Positions 39,397-47,066 of a stretch of DNA of 64,000 bases are shown here, one piece after another (positions within the stretch are counted from its first letter, which is position 1; every line of letters begins with the position of its first letter). The stretch covers positions 32,001-96,000 of IMG/VR virus record IMGVR_UViG_3300025141_013870. One strand, given 5' to 3'. The notes under the pieces were generated by a model. That model ran no database searches and was not told where the DNA came from. It worked only from the letters and a program-made list of their open reading frames with translations. The translations under genes were made by a program, and so were the position numbers. This DNA is from a virus.

Positions 39397-40250
39397 TTCT
39401 TTCAAGAAAAAATCTTAGGATGCTCATACACGATGTCATGCTTAAGGAGTCAAAGTATTTTGGCATGTCTGTGGAAGAGGTTCTTTCATTTTTTGATAAG
39501 TTTAGTCAAAATACGTGGATATTTTTTGATACAGAGACCACTGGTCTTCCACGGGATGTACAAAAGGGACAGATAACAGAGATAGGTGCGGTTGCTGTAA
39601 ATCCTAAAAACTGGAATGACGATGCTGAAATTCTTGGTGAATTCAACGAGAAGATCACGTTAAATCCGGACACACTTGCAACAATTGAAAGACAGAGGCC
39701 TGATACAGAAAGTACACATACTAGTAGCAGGGTGTGGACAGTGGAAAAGGCACTTGAGATGACACGATATCATGAGTGGGATAGAGAATATAAAGATGAG
39801 CAGGATGTTATCAAAGGGTTTATAGAGTTTGTACAGTCATTTTCCAATCCGGTTCTTGTAGCGCAGAACGCATCATTTGACATGAAGTGGATCTTCGCAC
39901 GGTCAGAGACAAAGATGAATAGATACCCTGTTATAGACACAATGAAGATAATGCAGCTATTTTTAATTCCGCTTCTTAAGACTTTGCGTGATAAGCATGG
40001 AGACGTTGAGGCTAGAGAATTTTTACAGCTGATTAGAAAAGGTAGAATGTATTCGTCGTCTCAGGGCGTTGTTTCAGCTGCATATGGAATATCTACGGAT
40101 AACTGGCATAGTGCAATTGGAGATGTTGAGATGCTCATGGATCTCTTTCAGCACGTAGTTGACACCCTTAGAGAGGGAGAAGGTGTGGACATAAGCGGAG
40201 AGCATGGAAAGACAGCTGCGTATGCGATGAAGAGAAAGAGAAGAAGATAA
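39393..40250 (+). CDS. DEDDh 3'-5' exonuclease (Pol III epsilon-like)
   Basis: WIFFDTETTG (ExoI), LVAQNASFD (ExoII), WHSAIGDVE (ExoIII). Confidence 0.85.
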   Translation: MILSRKNLRMLIHDVMLKESKYFGMSVEEVLSFFDKFSQNTWIFFDTETTGLPRDVQKGQITEIGAVAVNPKNWNDDAEILGEFNEKITLNPDTLATIERQRPDTESTHTSSRVWTVEKALEMTRYHEWDREYKDEQDVIKGFIEFVQSFSNPVLVAQNASFDMKWIFARSETKMNRYPVIDTMKIMQLFLIPLLKTLRDKHGDVEAREFLQLIRKGRMYSSSQGVVSAAYGISTDNWHSAIGDVEMLMDLFQHVVDTLREGEGVDISGEHGKTAAYAMKRKRRR

Positions 40251-40251
40251 C

Positions 40252-40908
40252 TTATTCGTGTTTCTTTAGTCTAGCAACTCCATCTACTATCGTCACATAT
40301 GTCTGATGTGTGACCCAGTCTCCAGCATTTATATATGTTTTAATATCTTCGTCTGAATTAATCCACACGAGAGCTTCAGGAATATGCGTATGACCCATGA
40401 TAAATACATCAACATCAGGATTATGTCTTAGTATATGAATCACGCTTCTAAGCTTGTGCTTTTTGATTTGCTTTTCTGTCCACCATGTAGTAAAGTCAAA
40501 ATTAAAAGTAAATTCTAGTATATTTTGAATTACCGAAAGAATTATAACAAATATTTTGTTGTGAAGGACACCCTTATCATATTCGTCACCATGCTCAATT
40601 CTAAAATTTCTACCGTGAGATTCAAAGTCATATCTCTTTACAAACTCTACATTGTGAACATTTTTTCCTACAAGATTTAAAAGGCTCTGATCATGATTGC
40701 CTACAACATATATTATTTTTTTATTGTAATTGACTGCGCTTATAATCTCTAGACACCTTTCAGTGAATATAGGAATTTTAATAAAGTCTATGATATCACC
40801 TGCAAGTATTAATTCATCATAGCTTTCTGACTTTAAAAATGACAGAAGCTGCTCTGATTTGTAGAATTTACTTCCAATGTGTGTATCAGAGACGACAATT
40901 CTTTTCAT
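40252..40908 (-). CDS. Calcineurin-like metallophosphoesterase (LpxH-like)
   Basis: SDTHIG, AGDIID, VGNHD, IEHGD, MGHTH motifs; the only convincing minus-strand gene. Confidence 0.85.
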   Translation of the reverse strand: MKRIVVSDTHIGSKFYKSEQLLSFLKSESYDELILAGDIIDFIKIPIFTERCLEIISAVNYNKKIIYVVGNHDQSLLNLVGKNVHNVEFVKRYDFESHGRNFRIEHGDEYDKGVLHNKIFVIILSVIQNILEFTFNFDFTTWWTEKQIKKHKLRSVIHILRHNPDVDVFIMGHTHIPEALVWINSDEDIKTYINAGDWVTHQTYVTIVDGVARLKKHE

Positions 40909-41039
40909 TGAATAAGCGCCTTTATAATATGATTATAATCAAAATTTTGCCCTTGTTTTTCTATAAAAACAGAGAGATACACTTATAGTTTCAGTGTTTA
41001 TAATAATGAATATCCGAAAGGAATTAACAGGAGAAAAAA

Positions 41040-41285
41040 ATGTATAGAATGTCAGACGAAGTTATTTCACAAATTGCAAAGCTTGTTCAGCTTGCAATTA
41101 TCACTGGAACAGATGTCGTAGATAATCTTAGAATGATAAGAGTTGAACCGTCTGAGGAAGATGGCGCATGTCTTTCACTGACACAAGAGTACAGAGAGAT
41201 TGGTGAAAATCAGATTAATAGTTTGCTGTCTGAGCTTGACAATGTCAATACTTCAGATGAGGAAGTAGATGTCGAAATCGAGTGA
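41040..41285 (+). CDS. Small hypothetical protein
   Basis: AGGAG RBS; 81 aa acidic protein at the head of an operon. Confidence 0.6.
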   Translation: MYRMSDEVISQIAKLVQLAIITGTDVVDNLRMIRVEPSEEDGACLSLTQEYREIGENQINSLLSELDNVNTSDEEVDVEIE

Positions 41286-41652
41286 TAATCTAAAACACAT
41301 GTTTGATCTAAGAGAGTCATTTATGGTATCTCTTAGAAAGAAGTTTTCTACTGAAAATCCTGAATGGCCACTAGATCTTTCTACAAAAGAACATCAACAA
41401 TATTGCAGAGACATAGCACTGAGAGGTGTTGAAGAGATGTTTGAAGCTCTGCAGCATTTAAAAAACTGGAAGCCACATCGGACAACTGAGATAACTGAAT
41501 TTGACAGAGATGAGTTTTTAGAAGAGGTAGTAGATGCTTTTAATTACTTTTTATCTTTGTTAGTTTTGACAGGCTTTTCATCAGAAGATTTTTACAAGAT
41601 GTATGTCAAGAAGGATAAGATTATACATGAAAGACTCAAAGGCGACTATTAG
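41269..41652 (+). CDS. All-alpha dimeric dUTPase/dCTPase-like (MazG superfamily) pyrophosphatase
   Basis: VEEMFEALQHLKNWKPHR and EFLEEVVDAFNYF match the two acidic metal-binding helices. Confidence 0.75.
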   Translation: MSKSSDNLKHMFDLRESFMVSLRKKFSTENPEWPLDLSTKEHQQYCRDIALRGVEEMFEALQHLKNWKPHRTTEITEFDRDEFLEEVVDAFNYFLSLLVLTGFSSEDFYKMYVKKDKIIHERLKGDY

Positions 41653-42580
41653 AGATTTATTTGAATTACAAAAAAGATTTAATGATATTTTCTATGATAT
41701 GGATGATATCGGATCAAGAGAACGAGAAGAGATCACAAAATCTTTAGCGCTAGCATTACACACTGAGGTTAGCTCTCTTATATCTGCAATAAACTTTAAA
41801 GATCACAGGCAGAATAAAAAAGATGCTGATGAATACAAGATCTTGTTTGAAAGTGTAGATATATTTCGATATCTTATTTCTATTCTAAACATCTGGGATA
41901 TCACGCCAGAAAGATTTACAGAGGCATTTCTTGATAAGGATTTGTTTCTTCATGCAAGATACAAGATCAATTCTAGCAAGTGGTCGGGACAGGATGTAAT
42001 CATAGTAGATCTTGATGATGTAGTAATAGAATTTAGGAATGGTTTTCTAGAGTGGCTTAGTGATACATATAAAATATTTGTTGACCCTGATAGCAAAGAA
42101 TACTATACAACTGCTGAATTAAAAAATGCTGGTGTTAATCCTGAAAAGGTATTTTCTAATTTTATTAAGAGTAGAGGATTAAGATCTTTAGAAAAAAATC
42201 AAGATATGATTGATGTAATTAACAAGCTGAGTGCAGACGGATATTGGATTCAGCTTTTAACAGCTAGACCGCAAGATAATCTTGTGTGCCATTACGATAC
42301 GTTTAGATGGATAGAAAGCTCTAATTTAAAATATGATAGATTAGATTTCAGCAATGAAAAATATAGATGGTGTACCCAGTCTGATTATTTTGATAGCAAC
42401 AGTATCGTGTGTGCTATAGATGACTCAGCTAAGCATAGTGCTGAATATGCAAAACACGGAATTCCAGTTTTTCTTCCTTCAAAAAGTTACAACACTGAAG
42501 TACACAATATGACCAATGTAACAGTGTTTGATGATCCGAGAGACGTGTGGGAAAAAGTTAAATCTCTTAAGAATAAGTAG
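41627..42580 (+). CDS. Fusion of a MazG/dUTPase-like domain and a HAD 5'-nucleotidase-like domain
   Basis: N-terminal HTEVSSL...KDHR...FESVDIFRY; C-terminal IIVDLDDVV, LLTARP, AIDDS (HAD motifs I, II, IV). Confidence 0.7.
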   Translation: MKDSKATIRDLFELQKRFNDIFYDMDDIGSREREEITKSLALALHTEVSSLISAINFKDHRQNKKDADEYKILFESVDIFRYLISILNIWDITPERFTEAFLDKDLFLHARYKINSSKWSGQDVIIVDLDDVVIEFRNGFLEWLSDTYKIFVDPDSKEYYTTAELKNAGVNPEKVFSNFIKSRGLRSLEKNQDMIDVINKLSADGYWIQLLTARPQDNLVCHYDTFRWIESSNLKYDRLDFSNEKYRWCTQSDYFDSNSIVCAIDDSAKHSAEYAKHGIPVFLPSKSYNTEVHNMTNVTVFDDPRDVWEKVKSLKNK

Positions 42581-42600
42581 AATAGGATGGCTTACCTCAA

Positions 42601-43662
42601 ATGATAGATAGAAAATCACTAAGAGATATGATACATGAGATGTCTAAATCATCACTATTTGAACAGGATGATACAAATGAAAGAATATCAGCAAGTGATT
42701 ATGAAAAGATATATTCAGATTCACAGCAATACTTTAGAATCACGCTTAACAAGTATGTGGAGAGAATTTCTTCAGAACAATATAAGAAAAAAATAAAAAA
42801 TCAACTAAGGAAAGATGGATTTAAAGATAGCGAAATAGATGAATTTTTAGATGATAGTGACTTTCTAGACAGGGTTTCATCTGCAATAGAAAATGCTTCT
42901 ATTGTTGTTGTCACAAACTCATCTTTTAATTATGACAGACTTGACAGGTGGTACGGGGCCGTACTTTCAGAAAGAAGCGAAAAATCATGGGCGCCAGATT
43001 TTAATAAGCTAAAGGATTCAATTAAAGATTCTGGAAGGATAGCGCAACTACTTTTAAAGGTAAAAACATCTATAGGTGATTTTGTAAATCAGACTAGATC
43101 ATTTGATAGTCCGATTATTCTTATAAGTTTTGAAAATTTTAAAGATGGAAAAGGAGATCTGAAAGGAACAGTTGAACATGAGGTAGACCATATTCAAGGC
43201 TTAATGGTTTCGAAAGCTAGAAAGATTATTAAAAAATCTCCTGATGAGCCAGAGACATTTTCATCTGCAGTGATATCTCTCGTAAGAGACCCGAGGATTG
43301 GAGGATGGGACGAGTGGGTGATTGATAGATTCCAAGGAGATAAAAGAGAAGCGTTTAATTTTTTAAAAGATTCATTTCAAGGAAATTTAGATCCTTCAAA
43401 TCCTAGAGGAGTAGAGGAGTCCAGAAATAGATTTCGCGAGCTAAATGATAAGCTCGGTGAATCTGAAGCTGCATTAAAAAAATTTCTTAGCAATGAAATT
43501 TCTAACCCTACGCCGCACATCCAGCTTGTCTCTAAGTACGGTAGAAGAATTGCTCAGATAGTTCCGTTAATAAATTATGACTTGGGTGTGGATGAACTTG
43601 CGTCTATGATTTATGGAATAGCTTCTGCAGAAATGCCAGAAAAAAAATCTAAAATAGTTTGA
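42601..43662 (+). CDS. Hypothetical protein with HExxH motif and shared N-terminal motif
   Basis: MIDRKSLRDMIHE N-terminus; TVEHEVDH zincin-like motif. Confidence 0.55.
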   Translation: MIDRKSLRDMIHEMSKSSLFEQDDTNERISASDYEKIYSDSQQYFRITLNKYVERISSEQYKKKIKNQLRKDGFKDSEIDEFLDDSDFLDRVSSAIENASIVVVTNSSFNYDRLDRWYGAVLSERSEKSWAPDFNKLKDSIKDSGRIAQLLLKVKTSIGDFVNQTRSFDSPIILISFENFKDGKGDLKGTVEHEVDHIQGLMVSKARKIIKKSPDEPETFSSAVISLVRDPRIGGWDEWVIDRFQGDKREAFNFLKDSFQGNLDPSNPRGVEESRNRFRELNDKLGESEAALKKFLSNEISNPTPHIQLVSKYGRRIAQIVPLINYDLGVDELASMIYGIASAEMPEKKSKIV

Positions 43663-43670
43663 TATTTTAA

Positions 43671-43698
43671 TGTAATTCAGTCGGTTATGAGGTATATT
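43671..43698 (+). promoter_or_regulatory. Sigma70-like promoter
   Basis: TGTAAT-N16-TATATT; the same architecture occurs at 38733, 47016 and 62871. Confidence 0.5.
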
Positions 43699-43723
43699 TG
43701 TTATGCATATAAAAGGAGGCTTT

Positions 43724-43981
43724 ATGCGCTATCTTCTCGTTTCTATTTTTCTAACTTTTACCTCAACTGCGCATGCAGACGACAAGATCAAGGAGGATCC
43801 CAAGGTTGTTTACAAGCAGCGTACTGAGATCGACTTTGAAGGTGTTGAAATCGCAGGCGAGCTTGTTCGGCCGCAAGGATCTCTCATCCACGAGCGGCGC
43901 CATGCAACTTTTAACCCTTTAATCAAGCTTCGTACTGACTTTGACGCAGAAATGTCACAGTCTGTAGACGAGATCAAGTAA
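43724..43981 (+). CDS. Secreted protein resembling gliding-motility protein CglF/GltF
   Basis: Signal peptide ending AHA, then VVYKQRTEIDFEGVEIAGELVRPQG...FNPLIKLRTDFDAEMSQSVDEI; AAGGAGG RBS. Confidence 0.65.
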   Translation: MRYLLVSIFLTFTSTAHADDKIKEDPKVVYKQRTEIDFEGVEIAGELVRPQGSLIHERRHATFNPLIKLRTDFDAEMSQSVDEIK

Positions 43982-43999
43982 AATATAAAGGATAAAGGC

Positions 44000-44980
44000 A
44001 TGCCGCAAAATTTTGACTTAGATCCTATTGTACTACCAATGGATTTAAAGTTTGATCAAGATCCTACTACAGAGTTTTATAATAATCTACAAGCACTAAA
44101 GGTAGAGCTGATTGATTATCCAACCAGAACTCAGGCTTTAAAGGTTGCATGGCAATATGTCAAGGCTACGTGGGCTGATCATCATGATGAAACAACCACT
44201 GCTGGAATTGATCCAGCAGAGCTATCAAAAAATCTTGAAGATGTTATGTGCTTTAGAGCTCTTCCCACTCCAATGGAGTGTCTTGGGTTCACGTTTAAAT
44301 TGAGCGGGCTTTCATTTCAAGAGGTCACGCATATTATTCGTCACAGAGCAGGATCTTTTGCTGCTCAATGCACGGGAGATAGAGATCTTAGAAGTGATCC
44401 GGCTGTAATTCCCGAGGCTGTTCAAAATTCTCCTGAGTTTCTTGAGAGATGGAAGAATCTTGTCTTAGAGTCTAAACAGTTATATGCAGACATGACTGAT
44501 AGTAAAGATGTTTCAATGATGGATGCCAGGATGGTTCTTCCAAAGTGTATGACTTCTTTTTATCTTATGAGAATGAATTTAAAAGATTTGCTTGGATTTA
44601 TTCGACAGAGGCAGGATAAGCAGATTCAGCCAGCTGCTGACAACATTCTCGCCGCATATATGGCTAGAGAACTAATTAATGTGCTACCAGAAGCATCTGT
44701 AGCTATTAGATTCGACTCACCTGACATGCACTATATCAAGACATTTAGAGTTAAAGAAGCAGGAAGATGGACAAGTAAGGGGACAAATCTATACTGGCCT
44801 GAGCCAAAGAATGATACATTTGAGTATCATCCAGACGACACCATATATCAGGCTCGAAGAGAATCAATTAACGGAACAAAGAAGCCAGACGGTCCTACAG
44901 TTTTTGAAAGATTATGGGACGATGTTATGAATGATATTAGTTTCATGAAGACAGAATATAATAAAAACAAATTAGAATAA
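44000..44980 (+). CDS. Divergent ThyX-like flavin-dependent enzyme
   Basis: TPME..FTF, RHRAGSFAAQC, DARMVLP and NLKDLLGFIRQR align with ThyX motifs, with substitutions. Confidence 0.75.
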   Translation: MPQNFDLDPIVLPMDLKFDQDPTTEFYNNLQALKVELIDYPTRTQALKVAWQYVKATWADHHDETTTAGIDPAELSKNLEDVMCFRALPTPMECLGFTFKLSGLSFQEVTHIIRHRAGSFAAQCTGDRDLRSDPAVIPEAVQNSPEFLERWKNLVLESKQLYADMTDSKDVSMMDARMVLPKCMTSFYLMRMNLKDLLGFIRQRQDKQIQPAADNILAAYMARELINVLPEASVAIRFDSPDMHYIKTFRVKEAGRWTSKGTNLYWPEPKNDTFEYHPDDTIYQARRESINGTKKPDGPTVFERLWDDVMNDISFMKTEYNKNKLE

Positions 44981-45050
44981 TAAATTTTAAAACAATCATA
45001 AAAATCTTATCAAGTTTTGATTATAATAATAGGCCAGATTTGGAGGAAAT

Positions 45051-45491
45051 ATGAAGGCATATATAGCAAGTTCGTGGTTTAATCCTGTAGCTAATCAGGA
45101 GGTAAACGATATTATTAGCTCTCTAGCAGAAAATAATTTTGAATTTTTTTCACCTAGAGATTTTTTTGTGTGTCCACCAGGCGCTGACCTAGAGACTCAA
45201 AAATCAACATATGAAGGAAATCTTGAACATCTTCACAATTGTGATTTCATGATATGTAATACGCACGGAAAAGACATGGGATCAATTTTTGAGGCAGGAT
45301 ACTTTAAGGCACTAGATAAGCCTATTGTTTACTTTTGTGCAGGGTTGCCAGAGGGAGCATCATTTAATCTTATGCTAGCTCAAAGCGGTGTGACTGTGTG
45401 CACGTCAAAAGATCAACTAAGTGACTATCTATCTAGGTGTAGTGATCAAGAGCAGCTTCTTTTTGAGCCATATTACGGCAGTATTGAATGA
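45051..45491 (+). CDS. Nucleoside 2-deoxyribosyltransferase / nucleotide N-hydrolase family protein
   Basis: AYIASSWF, FFSPR and KDMGSIFEAGY (D-x-G-x3-E-x-G-Y catalytic motif). Confidence 0.8.
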   Translation: MKAYIASSWFNPVANQEVNDIISSLAENNFEFFSPRDFFVCPPGADLETQKSTYEGNLEHLHNCDFMICNTHGKDMGSIFEAGYFKALDKPIVYFCAGLPEGASFNLMLAQSGVTVCTSKDQLSDYLSRCSDQEQLLFEPYYGSIE

Positions 45492-45961
45492 TATTTGCTT
45501 TTTTGCAAATTATCTCTACATGGATTTATGGCCACGTACTAGAGTACTCAATTCATAGATGGCTTTTGCATAAGCTTGGAACTAAAAAAGGTAGAATTTT
45601 TTCATTTCACTTCTATGGTCATCATAGCTTTGCAAGACTAAATGAATTTTTTGATAAATCATATTCTGGTTTTCCACTTAGGTGGGATCCCGCTGGAAAA
45701 GAATTGCTATCACTTTTATTCTTGATGGCAATTCATATTCCTGTTATGATTTATTTACCATGGTCTGCACCCGTTATAGTATTTTCACTAGCACAATATT
45801 ATTATGTTCACAGGAAATCTCATAACAACCCACATTGGGCAAGATCTAGTCTTATATGGCATTATGAACATCACATGGGATTAAATCAAAATAAAAACTA
45901 TGGAGTCAGAACAGATATTATAGATAGGATTGTTGGAACTAGAGTAAGGTACTATAGATAA
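45488..45961 (+). CDS. Fatty acid hydroxylase / sterol desaturase family membrane protein
   Basis: Four His boxes: EYSIHRWLLH, HFYGHH, YVHRKSH, WHYEHH, then NYGV. Confidence 0.8.
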   Translation: MIFAFLQIISTWIYGHVLEYSIHRWLLHKLGTKKGRIFSFHFYGHHSFARLNEFFDKSYSGFPLRWDPAGKELLSLLFLMAIHIPVMIYLPWSAPVIVFSLAQYYYVHRKSHNNPHWARSSLIWHYEHHMGLNQNKNYGVRTDIIDRIVGTRVRYYR

Positions 45962-45970
45962 TAGCTAGGT

Positions 45971-47020
45971 TTGTTTATGAAAAAAGATTATTATGAAATA
46001 TTAGGAGTTAATAAAGATTCTACGCCAGATGAGATCAAAAAGGTGTATAGAGGACTTGCTTTAAAATATCATCCTGATAAAAATCCAGATGATAAGGATG
46101 CAGAGCAGATGTTTAAAAATATCTCTGAGGCATATGCAGTTTTATCAGATAAAGAAAAACGATATAACTATGATAATTTCGGGCATCATGGGGACCAACA
46201 GTTTCCAGGAGGCTTTGAAGATATATTTGATCACTTTTCTGGAATGTTTGGAGGTACATTTGGATCTGAATTTTTCAATAGACAAAGAAGATCTGCACCT
46301 GTTGGGAACCCTGTTGCGATAAAAGTTCCTATTACTCTTGAAGAAGTTCTTTCCGGAACAGTAAGAGATATAAATTTTTCTAGAATAGATTCATGCGAAG
46401 AGTGTAGCGGGCGTGGATTCATCAACGATCATGATGTTGGAATTTGTGAAGGGTGTAGCGGAAGCGGTCAATCTCATCACAGTGTCGGGTTTGTCAAGGT
46501 CCAGATGACATGTGGTCAATGCGGCGGCACAGGAAAGAAAATAACTAATCCATGTTCATCTTGTAATGGAAAAGGATTAAATCATAAGAAAGATAATGTG
46601 ACTATAACAATTCCCCCTGGCGTCTTAGAGGGTGACCAGCTATGTATCTCTGGAAAAGGAAACAGGCCATCTAACAATCACGCACCTGGAGATCTTGTTT
46701 TAATCATGTCAATAGTAGGTGACAATAGATTTGAAAGAGATGGACCTCATCTTTATAGCAGAGAGTCTATATCGTTCCCGCAAGCAGCACTCGGCACGTC
46801 TATTATAGTAGATTTAATAGACGGAAAGATAAACCTCGCGATACCGCCTGGTACACAACCAAACTCTATGATGAGCATTCCAAAAAGAGGGTTGCCCATC
46901 GATACGCAAAATTCCGAAAGGGGTCACCACTATGTCAGAATTTCAGTAGAAGTTCCAAAGTCATTAAGCGCCAGAGAGAGAGAAATAATAGAGAAACTTA
47001 GAGACATTGAAAGCGTGTAA
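45971..47020 (+). CDS. dnaJ: DnaJ chaperone (type I)
   Basis: KDYYEILGV...LKYHPDKN J-domain, G/F region, four CxxCxGxG repeats, C-terminal substrate-binding domain. Confidence 0.95.
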   Translation: MFMKKDYYEILGVNKDSTPDEIKKVYRGLALKYHPDKNPDDKDAEQMFKNISEAYAVLSDKEKRYNYDNFGHHGDQQFPGGFEDIFDHFSGMFGGTFGSEFFNRQRRSAPVGNPVAIKVPITLEEVLSGTVRDINFSRIDSCEECSGRGFINDHDVGICEGCSGSGQSHHSVGFVKVQMTCGQCGGTGKKITNPCSSCNGKGLNHKKDNVTITIPPGVLEGDQLCISGKGNRPSNNHAPGDLVLIMSIVGDNRFERDGPHLYSRESISFPQAALGTSIIVDLIDGKINLAIPPGTQPNSMMSIPKRGLPIDTQNSERGHHYVRISVEVPKSLSAREREIIEKLRDIESV

Positions 47021-47043
47021 AATTCTTTATTTAAGCCTATAAT
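47016..47043 (+). promoter_or_regulatory. Sigma70-like promoter upstream of dnaE
   Basis: TGTAAA-N16-TATAAT. Confidence 0.6.
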
Positions 47044-47066
47044 AAAATAACAAACTAAGGTTTTAA

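Noticed and set aside
16654-42580. Diaminopurine (Z-DNA) pathway suggested by PolA + HD hydrolase + MazG-like genes
   Set aside because: No PurZ/adenylosuccinate synthase homologue is visible in the window, the genes are not clustered, and the TS-fold Asp points to cytosine instead. It cannot be excluded for the rest of the genome.
43640-43662. A8 run near the end of the 42601 ORF as another frameshift site
   Set aside because: The -1 frame reaches a stop within a few codons, so no meaningful extension results.
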